A stretch of 51,669 nucleotides of DNA from Candidatus Omnitrophota bacterium (GTDB lineage: Bacteria; Omnitrophota; Gorgyraeia; Gygaellales; Profunditerraquicolaceae), in the NCBI GenBank assembly GCA_026387265.1, contig JAPLLZ010000054.1, positions 1-51,669 on the forward strand, given 5' to 3'. The notes beneath the pieces were generated by a model. The model worked only from the letters and a program-made list of their open reading frames with translations. It made no database searches and had not been told where the DNA came from. This document shows, piece by piece, positions 29,937 through 39,545 of the stretch. Every line of letters starts with the position of its first letter. Position 1 is the stretch's first letter. Position numbers and translations under genes: made by a program.

Positions 29937-30299
29937 ATGACAAAAATTGCTTTCACAGCCGCAGTATTGTTGGCCATATCCGCCATACTTTTTAGTATGG
30001 CATATGCCGAAAATGATGAAAACGTAAGCCTTACGCAAACAGATAAAGAACTACCTGAAGGCATGGAGGTGCGGCATATCGATAATAAACCAGGCTATAA
30101 AGTAGTCGTACCCAAGGGAACATCGATCAGTAAAGTAGGCGATTTAAGGGTAATCGAAGGACCAGGTGAATATACCGCGCGTAAATCGGTAGAATATGAC
30201 GAACGATTAACCAAGATGAATTCCGATATTGAGTCGCTCCGCAAAGAGATTGACGAGATTAAAGACACTTTGTCTCAAATGCAAAAACCTAAACAATAA
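29937..30299 (+). CDS. Exported hypothetical protein with C-terminal coiled coil
   Basis: Signal peptide ending AYA; AAAGGGGG SD. Confidence 0.65.
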   Translation: MTKIAFTAAVLLAISAILFSMAYAENDENVSLTQTDKELPEGMEVRHIDNKPGYKVVVPKGTSISKVGDLRVIEGPGEYTARKSVEYDERLTKMNSDIESLRKEIDEIKDTLSQMQKPKQ

Positions 30300-30354
30300 A
30301 TAGTACTTTCTAAAAATTACTCCCCGTTAAAACCTCTTTTTCTAGAAAGTTAGC

Positions 30355-30384
30355 AAAAAAAACGCCCAACAAATAACGCTGGGC
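30355..30384 (-). terminator. Intrinsic terminator between convergent genes
   Basis: GCCCAGC-GTTATTT-GTTGGGC followed by a T run on the minus strand. Confidence 0.6.
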
Positions 30385-30472
30385 TAATTTTTGTTCCCTC
30401 ATATGACAACATTGCGCAACTAGTATATAACAGAATAGACCAAAAAATTATGTAAAGCCTGGCTGTTGTTGT

Positions 30473-30976
30473 TTAAATTACAATCTTAAATTGACTAATT
30501 ATATACCTGCCAATAAAATGGCTTAAGATAATTACAAAAATAGCAATAATAATATGTTTAAATATTTCTGAATATGGGTTTACTTTTCTATTTTTGGCTA
30601 TTGCGTAACTCATGATAGCTAATAACGCCAACCCCCAACCGATTGAATATGGCACCGCCAGATTGATCGGTAACACAGACACCAGAATAATAAATGTTAA
30701 TGAAACAAATATCCTTGTAAAAAAATTACTTAAGGTAGAAAACCATATTTCTTTATTATCAATACATTCAGATTCTTGATAAATATGGATACCGAAGGAA
30801 TCAGCGATATTATCAGCTAAAGCAACCACTAACATACCGGCAATAATGCTCAACTTAGGGTCTGAAAGAGTATCCAGACCGGTAATAATTCCTAAATTAG
30901 TAATAATGGCTGAGGTTGCGCCAAAGCTAAATTTAGTTTGATAACGACGGCATTTGTTTTCTAGATTAATTGACAT
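30473..30976 (-). CDS. VIT1/CCC1-like membrane protein
   Basis: FSFGATSAIITNLGII.G, ALADNIADSFGIHIYQESE; five TMs. Confidence 0.75.
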   Translation of the reverse strand: MSINLENKCRRYQTKFSFGATSAIITNLGIITGLDTLSDPKLSIIAGMLVVALADNIADSFGIHIYQESECIDNKEIWFSTLSNFFTRIFVSLTFIILVSVLPINLAVPYSIGWGLALLAIMSYAIAKNRKVNPYSEIFKHIIIAIFVIILSHFIGRYIISQFKIVI

Positions 30977-31189
30977 ATTTTACGCCTCCAATTGTGATGT
31001 ATTCTACTCCAAATAATAAATCATCGCAACTTATTTATGCAGAAGCTTCTTTAAATTTTACCCAAGTAAATAAATTTGCCCAGATGATTATCTATTAACT
31101 GGGCAAATTTAGCTCCCTCTATTGAAGGTTTTTTTAGCGCAGCGGGCCTGCAATATTTAAACGCTGATAAGAAATTGATTACCCAAAAC

Positions 31190-32107
31190 CTAGTATTTAG
31201 CACATAACCCGGGAACATCTTCGTGGCGAGTACGCTTAGCAGGAGACCTCTGTATGCTTTTAACAAAACAGTTACAATCAAGAACGGAGTAAGAATATTT
31301 CTTTCTTATTACTTCTTCAATTATATCGTAGACTAACCCTCCATCATAAAGATGCGTCTCGTAACATTGATAAATTTCTCCGTGCGGCATTATTTTTGAA
31401 ATTCTTTCATAATTATATTTGTTTAGTTCTATTTCTCCTATATTCAAATGTTTTACTCCAATGTCCTCAATTAAAGGAAGCATCGCAAAAAGTTTCTTTC
31501 TATGCAGCTGCCATGCCGGAGTCTCAACAGTAACAACCTTCAGATAATGCACAGCTTTTTTTAAATTATTGTATACTACCTTTGAAAAATTCGAAGCACC
31601 CAGGTGAAACCTGATTTCATCAAAACCTATTTTTTTCAATTGAGCAAGGACTTTAGAATCAGCTAAAATACCATTAGTATAAAGATAATACCATGGCTTG
31701 TGCCCACTTCGTCTTTCTATATCACGCAATACTTTCATATAACTACTTATAACATCCAGATATAAAAGAGGTTCTCCTCCGCCGCTAAAACTCATTGCTG
31801 TAGGCCTAAAGTTATTAGAAAGTGCTTGTTGCTTAAAAAGTGACGCTTTGGTTGCTAAATGCTCCTTGGCCGTCAAATTACTTCCTTGATTCTTATCAGA
31901 ATTACAATATGTACAATTCAAGTTACATTTGTTTCCGGAATAAAAATTACGAGAGGATAAATCTGGAACAAAACAATGATAGCAGCCAGGAGACAATTTT
32001 CCAATATGAGCACAATGTCCGGAGGCGTCATATATAAGTTTCTTAATTGCCTTTTGCCGCTTAAATTTTCTTTGGTAGGCTTCTTGAATTGATATTAATT
32101 TCATCAT
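31190..32107 (-). CDS. Radical SAM protein (PFL-activase-related)
   Basis: GKLSPGCYHC, CNLNCTYC (CxxxCxxC), SFSGGGEPL, YLYTNG, FDEIRFH and VTVETPA. Confidence 0.88.
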   Translation of the reverse strand: MMKLISIQEAYQRKFKRQKAIKKLIYDASGHCAHIGKLSPGCYHCFVPDLSSRNFYSGNKCNLNCTYCNSDKNQGSNLTAKEHLATKASLFKQQALSNNFRPTAMSFSGGGEPLLYLDVISSYMKVLRDIERRSGHKPWYYLYTNGILADSKVLAQLKKIGFDEIRFHLGASNFSKVVYNNLKKAVHYLKVVTVETPAWQLHRKKLFAMLPLIEDIGVKHLNIGEIELNKYNYERISKIMPHGEIYQCYETHLYDGGLVYDIIEEVIRKKYSYSVLDCNCFVKSIQRSPAKRTRHEDVPGLCAKY

Positions 32108-32445
32108 TAGCCTCAGTTAAAAGTAAAGATTGGTAGGTTTTAATATAGATTATCACAAAAGGTTAAGAAGTCAAACTTCTTCCCCCAGGATGCGAACCAG
32201 TCGCTCCCCGTAAAAGCTCCCCCCCTAAGATCCCTTTTCCCAGAGACTCGCCAAAATAAAAGACTCATCGGAAGATGAGCCTTAACAATTGGCTCCCCGT
32301 GGTGGATGAGTTTAGCAACTGGGTGCAATCGGTGGAAACGGATATATTTTATAAAATTCACGAACTTTTGCAAGTGTAAGCCAATATTTTTCTTGAATAT
32401 TGAAGATTAAAAGAGGATAATAAATCCACAATTAAAGGAGGTTGT

Positions 32446-32844
32446 ATGCATAGTAAAATTGGTGTTGTTTTTATGGCATTTTTCGTTGTCACCTTATCCG
32501 GTTGCGTAAGCGTTAACCGCATTGGCGATTTCACCATCATTTCCTCTAAGAATATCGATTTATCCCGGGGCGCGAATTTCAAAAGAGGAACGACCAGAGT
32601 TAAAGGACAGGATATGGTCAGTACCATGGGATTTGTCCCTGTCACCCCGAACATGAAGACTGCAATCGACAAAGCTATCGAGAGTACCCCGGGAACCGTT
32701 GCCCTTCTCGATGGAGTTATCTCGCAAAAAACCACCGCTTTTAAGGTAGGGTATATGGTAGAAGGAACGCCGCTCATCGACCCAGCCCTTTTGGCCGATA
32801 CGATCCCTACGCCGGTTGATCAATCGTCGCCGAAGTCGAAGTAA
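32446..32844 (+). CDS. Lipoprotein (TRL/Bor-like)
   Basis: Lipobox LSGC; AGGAGG SD; GDFTIISSKNI...RVKGQD...KTAIDKAIE. Confidence 0.75.
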   Translation: MHSKIGVVFMAFFVVTLSGCVSVNRIGDFTIISSKNIDLSRGANFKRGTTRVKGQDMVSTMGFVPVTPNMKTAIDKAIESTPGTVALLDGVISQKTTAFKVGYMVEGTPLIDPALLADTIPTPVDQSSPKSK

Positions 32845-32953
32845 ATGCGCATCAGGTATTTAAAATTTCTCGAACCAAAGATAAAAAGGTAACTTTTAAA
32901 TTTGTCGCTTCAGAACTGCAAAATAAAAGAAATAGCTCTATACCCCACAACAA

Positions 32954-32991
32954 GAAGAGGCCCTTCAGCATATTCGCCAAAGGGCCTCTTC
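32954..32991. terminator. 12-bp stem-loop between convergent genes
   Basis: GAAGAGGCCCTT ... AAGGGCCTCTTC; the U-tract is weak. Confidence 0.5.
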
Positions 32992-33097
32992 GTAATAATT
33001 GGCTCACTTAGTGTGACTAGTTTAGAACTTTTCTAGTGTCAAATGAAAAACAGAAAAACGACATTAAAAACTCGCCTTAATTACTTAAACTGCTCTT

Positions 33098-33331
33098 TTA
33101 CTTTGGAACAGATGAAGAAGCAGGCTTTTTGATAACAGACCAATATATTATTGCTCCTAAAAGCTGAAGAAAAATAACTACTAAAATCCAGACAATCCTA
33201 TCATTCGGATTCTTAAACTCCCTGTTGACGCAATCAATTATCATACGTATCCAAAACACAAAGATGAAAATAACCAGTGCCGCTATACCGATAGTAAATA
33301 TCCCAGCTGCAAGAACACCTAAAATCTCCAT
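33098..33331 (-). CDS. Small membrane protein, PLDc N-terminal-like
   Basis: FWIRMIIDC...DRIVWILVVIFLQLLGAIIYW. Confidence 0.8.
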   Translation of the reverse strand: MEILGVLAAGIFTIGIAALVIFIFVFWIRMIIDCVNREFKNPNDRIVWILVVIFLQLLGAIIYWSVIKKPASSSVPK

Positions 33332-33586
33332 ATATTACCTCCCTTTTCGCTTTTTCTCCGATACTTCCAAAAAACTAGCTATCGACACTTTATAAAATGA
33401 TTATACCACTTTCATCTTAAAAATAAAACAAAAACTCCTTGCAACTATTTCGCTACAAGGAGTTAATAAAATTATTCTCCCCTTTATCAATGAATACAGG
33501 ACGGCATTAATTGACTTGCCTAAAGAAGAATTGTACGTAATCTAGTTTTTGCGAGTACACTTTAGCCAGTAAATCTTATTTTACCT

Positions 33587-34246
33587 CTATTCATCATTAG
33601 CGAGGGGACTCATTCCCACTTCTACGACATTAACATCACTTGCCGATACAATCTCAAGCACTATAGATTCATTATTCAATGGGGCTGTTGTAGTTGAAAA
33701 ATAGAAAATCCCATTCATTTTATCTCCTTCCCCACTCATTCTAACATCCTGGAAACCCATTGGCATTCCCCCAACAAAATTAGCTGCCTTATACGGCCCG
33801 GAGATCTTGACTTGCAGTATAAACTGTTCACCTGAATTCCAGATTCCCTGTGTTTGATTTAAAATAATCTGCAAGACGAAATCTTCCCCTCGTCTCTCTT
33901 TTTTATACTGATATTTATGAGATATTGCTCTTTGTTTATTAACATTAACTGTGTGAGCGGTAATGCCACCTGATTGGTTTTCACTCTTCACGATATGTAT
34001 TTCTTTTTTATTATCGTTTTCGTTCATTTTAGGCCTCCAAGGTTTATCGAAAATAAACGTTAGGATCGCCACTATGGCCGCCAAAACAAATATAATTTCT
34101 ATAATTTTTGCTGTAAGCCTCTGTGAAACAAGAGCGTTAACTACTTGATCAAAATTATTCACAGTAACGGTATGCGCGGTAATGCCACCTGATTGGTTCT
34201 TGCTTTCAACTATATGTGTTTCGCTTTTATTTTCGTTTTTAGACAT
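33587..34246 (-). CDS. Hypothetical protein with a duplicated HIVxSxNQSGGITAHTVxVN motif flanking a TM helix; probable internal in-frame start at 34027
   Basis: The motif occurs at aa 11-30 and 84-103; 23-bp identical DNA repeat at 33957-33979 and 34176-34198; GGAGG lies 6 nt before ATG 34027. Confidence 0.7.
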   Translation of the reverse strand: MSKNENKSETHIVESKNQSGGITAHTVTVNNFDQVVNALVSQRLTAKIIEIIFVLAAIVAILTFIFDKPWRPKMNENDNKKEIHIVKSENQSGGITAHTVNVNKQRAISHKYQYKKERRGEDFVLQIILNQTQGIWNSGEQFILQVKISGPYKAANFVGGMPMGFQDVRMSGEGDKMNGIFYFSTTTAPLNNESIVLEIVSASDVNVVEVGMSPLANDE

Positions 34247-34495
34247 CTACCCCCCCAAGTTCTTTCAATTACCATAAAATGATTACCCAATACACTTAAA
34301 TTATACCACTGAAATATATAAAGAAAAGAAGAAGTCGCTCAACTAAACCTTTGCTGTAGTATGCAAGGGGGATATTTGAAATGGTTTTAAAGATAGAATA
34401 ATCCTCTAGGACTACAAACCTGTCGTCGTCTGCAAGACTCCCGAAGGATGCCGCAGTAGCAAGACCCCGAAGTCCTTAGTTTACGTAATTTTCTA

Positions 34496-34524
34496 TTGCC
34501 TTCCAATCAGAATCCGTGTATAAT
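34496..34524 (+). promoter_or_regulatory. sigma70 promoter of tRNA-Asn
   Basis: TTGCCT-17 nt-TATAAT, 32 nt upstream of the tRNA. Confidence 0.75.
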
Positions 34525-34556
34525 TTATAACCTAAAGTTATAAATTATAATATTAT

Positions 34557-34632
34557 TCCCCCTTAGCTCAGTTGGTAGAGCGAGAGACTGTTAATCTCCA
34601 GGTCCTAGGTTCGAGTCCTAGAGGGGGAGCCA
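34557..34632 (+). tRNA. tRNA-Asn(GTT)
   Basis: Cloverleaf: TCCCCCT/AGGGGGA acceptor stem, anticodon loop CTGTTAA, GGTTCGAGTCC T-arm, encoded CCA. Confidence 0.97.
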
Positions 34633-34639
34633 AAAAATC

Positions 34640-34667
34640 GGCCCAGCGTTTTTTGCTGGGCCTTTTT
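34640..34667 (+). terminator. Intrinsic terminator after tRNA-Asn
   Basis: GGCCCAGC/GCTGGGCC stem followed by a T run. Confidence 0.85.
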
Positions 34668-34763
34668 GTTTTTAACTACTAATTTTATGTGGCAAAAGTG
34701 GTCACCGCGCTTCAGACCTATATGGTAGGATTAAATAAGTTTTCATTGCTGTATCGCGCGGTC

Positions 34764-34805
34764 TAAAATAAAACCGCCTGCTTTTAAATTGGCGGTTTTA
34801 TTTTA
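34764..34805. terminator. Bidirectional terminator-like hairpin at the end of the ABC-F gene
   Basis: Perfect 15-bp inverted repeat TAAAATAAAACCGCC / GGCGGTTTTATTTTA. Confidence 0.75.
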
Positions 34806-36728
34806 AATAATTTGATTTTCAAGCGCTTTTATCTGAACATCCATCTCCTGGAACAACTTTTCAATCTCTTTCATTCTGCGCCCATATTCCTTAGCCGTTT
34901 CTTCATCACGGTAGAAATGAGGATTGGACAAAGCCCGCGCTTTTGCATAACTCTCTAACTCTAGCTCCTGCTTTTTCTTTAAAATTTTATTGATTTTATC
35001 ACGAATTACTGAATTATTCGTCTTACGCTTTTTCTCCTGGCTCTTACGTAACTGCTCTTCCTCTTTAGCCTTTTCTTTAGCATCATCAACTAGTTTAACC
35101 AGTTTCGGTTTGGATTTAACCGTATTTCCCCCATCCGTTAAAGTATCGCGTTTTTCCAGGTAATAATCAAATGTCCCGGGGAATTTTCTAATCCTGCCAT
35201 TTTTAACCTCAAAAACATTGTTAGCTACCGAACTTACAAAATAAATATCATGGCTGATAAAAGCAATCGTGCCTTCATAATTCTTAAGCGCCCGCACCAA
35301 AGCATCAACCGCATCCACATCCAAATGCGTAGTCGGTTCATCTAAAAGCAGAAAGTTCGGCGGATTGATTAAAAGCTTAGCTAAAATAAGCCGGCTTTTT
35401 TCTCCTCCGGAAAGGACCTTCACCTTCTTCTCTGCATCATCACCGCTAAATAAAAATGCGCCTAAGATAGTCCGGATGGATTCCTCGGCCATATAACCGG
35501 GAGCTGCGCTATAAGCCTCCTGCAAAACAGTATTTTCTACATTTAGAACATCCGTACGGGTCTGCGAAAAATACCCGATATCTACATTATGCCCAACCAC
35601 CCTGTTACCGCTATCAATCTCGACAATTCCCGCCAATATTTTTAATAAAGTGGATTTACCTGCCCCGTTCTCTCCGGCGAGAACTGCTTTCTCGCCTTGA
35701 GTTATTTCAAAATCCAACCCATCATAAACCCGGATATCCCCGTAAGCTTTTGCAATATTTTCTAACCTGATAACCAAGTGTCCTGAGCGGCGGGTCTGCG
35801 GAAAAGTAAAGGTACCGATACTCTGCCGGGGATCCGGCGGCACAACAACTTTCTCCTCATCCATTCTTTCTAAAACTCTGCGCTTGGCGCGCACAGAAGC
35901 AGCTTTATTCGGTTGCGCATGAAATCTTGCCACAAACTTCTCTAACTGGTCTATCTTTTTATCCTGCTCCTTAGACTGTTTAATTAAATGCGTACGCTTT
36001 TGCAGTTTTATTTCTTCATAATGCTCATAATTACCATGCACTTTAGTAATTGATCCGTTTTCCAAAATCAAACTGTAATTGGTCACATCCGTTAAAAAAG
36101 CCCGATCATGAGAAATCATGATAAATGTACCCCGGAAACCTGCTAAATAATCTTTAAGCCATAAAGCAGCGTTTAAATCCAAATAGTTAGTCGGCTCATC
36201 AAGAAGTAAAAGATCATAATGATAGGTAAGCAGCTTAGCTAAAAGTACGCGCATCTGCCAGCCGCCGCTTAATTGCAGAATCGGACGGTTGAAATCTCTT
36301 TCTTTAAAACCTAACCCGGAAAGAATTTTTTCTGCTTTGTGTTCCAATTCAAAAAACCCCAAAGTTTCCAATTCATGTAAAATCTCTCCATACCGGCCTG
36401 ACCCGGCCTGATTAGCCGACTCCAAAGCTTCTTTTTCTTTTTTCAAACTCATAATCCGGTCATCCCCCTCGGTTAATTCTGCCAAAACCGTACGTTGCGA
36501 AGTAAAACTTGCCTCCTGAGGAAGATAGCCAATATGCACACCTTTATTTAATCTTACCTGGCCTTCGGATGCCTCAATCTCCTGGAGAATCAAAGAAAAT
36601 AACGTACTCTTCCCCGTACCGTTAGGGCCAATTAGGCCAATTTTCTCACCCTGGTTAATGACCAAAGAAACATCCTTAAAAAGAATTTTAGGCCCGTAAT
36701 TTTTTGAGAGATTGCTAATGTTAATCAT
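34803..36728 (-). CDS. ABC-F family ATPase (YheS/Uup-like)
   Basis: Two ABC domains (GPNGTGKS, LSGGW, LLLLDEPTN; GENGAGKS, LSGGE, LLLDEPTT), no TM, C-terminal coiled coil. Start set to ATG 36728. Confidence 0.93.
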   Translation of the reverse strand: MINISNLSKNYGPKILFKDVSLVINQGEKIGLIGPNGTGKSTLFSLILQEIEASEGQVRLNKGVHIGYLPQEASFTSQRTVLAELTEGDDRIMSLKKEKEALESANQAGSGRYGEILHELETLGFFELEHKAEKILSGLGFKERDFNRPILQLSGGWQMRVLLAKLLTYHYDLLLLDEPTNYLDLNAALWLKDYLAGFRGTFIMISHDRAFLTDVTNYSLILENGSITKVHGNYEHYEEIKLQKRTHLIKQSKEQDKKIDQLEKFVARFHAQPNKAASVRAKRRVLERMDEEKVVVPPDPRQSIGTFTFPQTRRSGHLVIRLENIAKAYGDIRVYDGLDFEITQGEKAVLAGENGAGKSTLLKILAGIVEIDSGNRVVGHNVDIGYFSQTRTDVLNVENTVLQEAYSAAPGYMAEESIRTILGAFLFSGDDAEKKVKVLSGGEKSRLILAKLLINPPNFLLLDEPTTHLDVDAVDALVRALKNYEGTIAFISHDIYFVSSVANNVFEVKNGRIRKFPGTFDYYLEKRDTLTDGGNTVKSKPKLVKLVDDAKEKAKEEEQLRKSQEKKRKTNNSVIRDKINKILKKKQELELESYAKARALSNPHFYRDEETAKEYGRRMKEIEKLFQEMDVQIKALENQII

Positions 36729-36743
36729 AGTAATTGATTTGTT

Positions 36744-36844
36744 AGATCCTTCGCCCGTCACAGGGCTTTGGCGGACTCAGGATGACTCCATTAAAACATT
36801 AATAATTAATTTTTTGGTCATCCGCCACTGAAACGTTGGCGGAT
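36744..36844. repeat. REP-like remnants in the recR / ABC-F intergenic region
   Basis: AGATCCTTCG...TTTGGCGGA-CTCAGGATGAC half element and palindrome ATCCGCCA-CTGAAACGT-TGGCGGAT (36820-36844). Confidence 0.55.
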
Positions 36845-36897
36845 AATCGTCGCGTATTTATACGTAGCCTTAAAAGACAGAAATTTCTATGCTCCGA

Positions 36898-37497
36898 TTA
36901 AATTGTGCGGCGAGATTCTAGCGACTTTGAAAGAGTAGTGGCATCGGCATATTCCAGATTTGAACCTACCGGTATTCCTAAACCAATACGGCTTAAAGAC
37001 ACACCCAGAGGTTTAAGCAATTTAGTTAAATACATAGCAGTAGTTTCACCTTCTGTATCCGCGTCGGTAGCAATAATTATTTCTTTAAGGCTTCCCTGCT
37101 TTATTCTCTGGATTAAACCGTCAATTTTTAAATCGCTGGGGCCTCTCCCCTCTAATGGCGATATAGAACCCAAAAGCACATGGTAAGAACCATGAAAATT
37201 ACCTGCTTTTTCAATTGCTGTAACATCGCTAGGTTTTTCTACCACGCAGACGATATCTTTCTGCCGGCTTAAATCCTGACAAATCTTGCAGATATCTTCT
37301 TCACTTAAGTTATTACAAATCTGGCATGAGCGCACACTTTCTTTTACTTTATTCAAAGATTCAGCCAAAGTTTTAATCTCATCATTAGTCGCCCCTAAAA
37401 CATGCGCAACAATGCGTTCGGCGCTGCGACGGCCAACTCCGGGAAGTTTAATTAAACAGTCGATTAATTTTTCAATGGAAGCCGTGTAATTGGCCAT
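36898..37497 (-). CDS. recR: Recombination protein RecR
   Basis: KLPGVGRRSAERI, zinc finger CQIC...CKIC, CVVEKPSDV, YHVLLG and EIIIATDADTEGETTA. Confidence 0.97.
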   Translation of the reverse strand: MANYTASIEKLIDCLIKLPGVGRRSAERIVAHVLGATNDEIKTLAESLNKVKESVRSCQICNNLSEEDICKICQDLSRQKDIVCVVEKPSDVTAIEKAGNFHGSYHVLLGSISPLEGRGPSDLKIDGLIQRIKQGSLKEIIIATDADTEGETTAMYLTKLLKPLGVSLSRIGLGIPVGSNLEYADATTLSKSLESRRTI

Positions 37498-39170
37498 TAG
37501 TTCTCTTTAACCACCCTTCCTCCAAACATTTCCAAAGCGGATTTAACAAATGGGTTACTGCGCGCATCCACGTCACGTTTCATCTCTGCATTTAAAACAA
37601 AATTTATCCTAAGATCAGCATTACATAATTCTGAAGCTGCTTTTTCCACCAACGCCTTGTTTTCTTTTTTATCCAAAGACTCTTTATGCAAAGAGCAACT
37701 TTTAGGAAAAGCAACGGTAACCAGGTCGCCTTGCACTTTCATCGGCTCACCTTCACTTAGATAAGTAGATACAGACATCTTAATTGTAGATAAATTATTT
37801 ATAATGCTATCCCAAACTTCCTTTACTTTTTCTAAGGGAACTGAAATAACCGGCGCAAGGCTATCTTTTACTATTGGAACCTGTTGCGGCTGCTCTTTTT
37901 TCGTAGAGGACAAATCGTTAGTTTCTGAATTAATCTGATTTAATGAATTTGACTGGTTCTTTTGGCTTTGCTTATTGGAAAGCAAACCACCGTTCTCTAA
38001 CTTGTGGCTTTGCTTATTAGGGGGCAAACCATCGCCCGCTGACTTGTGGGTTTGGCTATCGGTAGCCAAACCACGGCCTTCTGGCCGATTATGCGCTAAC
38101 CTGACTAAACTTATCTCCAGCGGTATGCGCTGAGAATCCAGGCGCTTAGTCATCTCCTGTGTAGCAATTAAAATATTAAAAGCCGTAAAAATCTCATCTA
38201 AACTCATTAGCTGGCTTTGTTTAAATAAACGATCACATATCTCCTGCGGCAAATCTACCAATTTATTATCTGCCTGGGAAACTTTCGCAACCATAAGATT
38301 GCGGAAGTGTTCAATAAGATTAATCAGAAACACGCCCGGATCTTTACCGTCATCAATTATCTCATTAAAAAGTTTCAAAGCCTGCGCGGGATCTTTTTGA
38401 ATTATTTTATCCGTGAGCGCGAACAAAACATCCTGTTCTACCATACCCAGAACAGAAATAGCATCTTTTAAAGATATCCTGTCCTTAGAAAAAGACGCCA
38501 GTTGGTCTAAAACTGATTCGGCATCCCGCAGCGATCCATCACTGCTACGGGCAACGGCTGCCAGCACCTCTTTATCCACAATAATCTTTTCCTGATGGAT
38601 AATTTTTTCCAGTTGCGCGATAATTTCGATAACTGTAATCCTACGGAAATCCATCCGCTGACAGCGGGATATAATCGTCGGTATAACTTTTTGCGGATGA
38701 GTAGTAGCAAAAATAAACTTTACAAATTCCGGCGGTTCCTCAAGAGTTTTAAGTAAAGCATTAAACCCGTCAGGAGTTATCTGGTGAACTTCATCAATAA
38801 TATAAACCTTATACTTGCCATGCGTAGGAGAAAACTTCACATTCTCGCGCAAAGCCCTGATTTCATCGATCCCGCGATTAGAAGCTCCGTCAATTTCAAT
38901 TACATCCAGAGAACGCCCCTGATTAATCTCAAGACAGGATGGGCATTTTTGGCAAGGCTTAAGCGTTGGGCCTTCCTTACAATTAAGCGCTTTGGCTAAT
39001 ATGCGGGCGGTCGAAGTTTTGCCTACTCCCCTTGGCCCGGCAAAAAGATAGGCATGGGCAAGACGGTCCTTAGAAATAGCATTTTTTAAAGTACCGACAA
39101 TATGATCCTGCCCGATAATACTTTCGAAATCCTGAGGACGCCATTTTAAAGCAAAAACAGTATAAGACAT
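37497..39170 (-). CDS. dnaX: DNA polymerase III subunit gamma/tau
   Basis: ALKWRPQDF, HAYLFAGPRGVGKTS, ALNC...PCQKC..C, EIDGASNRG, IIDEVH and TIISRCQ. Confidence 0.97.
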   Translation of the reverse strand: MSYTVFALKWRPQDFESIIGQDHIVGTLKNAISKDRLAHAYLFAGPRGVGKTSTARILAKALNCKEGPTLKPCQKCPSCLEINQGRSLDVIEIDGASNRGIDEIRALRENVKFSPTHGKYKVYIIDEVHQITPDGFNALLKTLEEPPEFVKFIFATTHPQKVIPTIISRCQRMDFRRITVIEIIAQLEKIIHQEKIIVDKEVLAAVARSSDGSLRDAESVLDQLASFSKDRISLKDAISVLGMVEQDVLFALTDKIIQKDPAQALKLFNEIIDDGKDPGVFLINLIEHFRNLMVAKVSQADNKLVDLPQEICDRLFKQSQLMSLDEIFTAFNILIATQEMTKRLDSQRIPLEISLVRLAHNRPEGRGLATDSQTHKSAGDGLPPNKQSHKLENGGLLSNKQSQKNQSNSLNQINSETNDLSSTKKEQPQQVPIVKDSLAPVISVPLEKVKEVWDSIINNLSTIKMSVSTYLSEGEPMKVQGDLVTVAFPKSCSLHKESLDKKENKALVEKAASELCNADLRINFVLNAEMKRDVDARSNPFVKSALEMFGGRVVKEN

Positions 39171-39202
39171 ATTGGAATAATATTAATTTTCTTCAGAATG
39201 AC

Positions 39203-39445
39203 TCATTTAAACAACATCTCTTTCAGCCTTCTGCGGCCAGTTGTTGATTTATAGAATTTCTCTCTTTGCCGAGCTTCGCTTAACGTTGTAAAGAATTCTG
39301 TATGAATTACTTTGTAAGGACGATACGAACTCGATGATTTAACCCTGCCTGAGTTATGTTCTTTTAGCCGCTCATCAACATCATCAGAAACACCTGTATA
39401 CGTTCTCGTCTTTGCATCATTAAGAAGGACATAAACATAAAACAT
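39203..39445 (-). CDS. Small GIY-YIG endonuclease
   Basis: FYVYVL...TYTGVSDDVDERLKEHNSG...A..REKFYKS..GRR. Start re-assigned to ATG 39445 (AAAGGA SD). Confidence 0.9.
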   Translation of the reverse strand: MFYVYVLLNDAKTRTYTGVSDDVDERLKEHNSGRVKSSSSYRPYKVIHTEFFTTLSEARQREKFYKSTTGRRRLKEMLFK

Positions 39446-39469
39446 TTTTTCCTTTAGTTCACTACGGAT

Positions 39470-39545
39470 CCGCCATTTTGCAAAAGCAAAATGGCGAGAT
39501 CTCGCCAAAATTTACTAGGTTTTACATGAAGCAAATTTTGGCGGG
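39470..39545. repeat. Composite REP-like double hairpin upstream of GIY-YIG
   Basis: CCGCCATTTTG-CAAAAG-CAAAATGGCG-AGATCT-CGCCAAAATTT...AAATTTTGGCGG; same architecture as 41703-41744. Confidence 0.7.

Noticed and set aside
32140-32777. Minus-strand ORFs 32140..32373, 32358..32777 and 32560..32823
   Set aside because: They are shadows of the plus-strand lipoprotein or of the att-like region, with no recognisable motifs.
34400-34480. SRP RNA or pseudo-tRNA
   Set aside because: The loop is CGAA/UUCG rather than the GGAA helix-8 motif, and only the T-arm-like part resembles tRNA-Asn.
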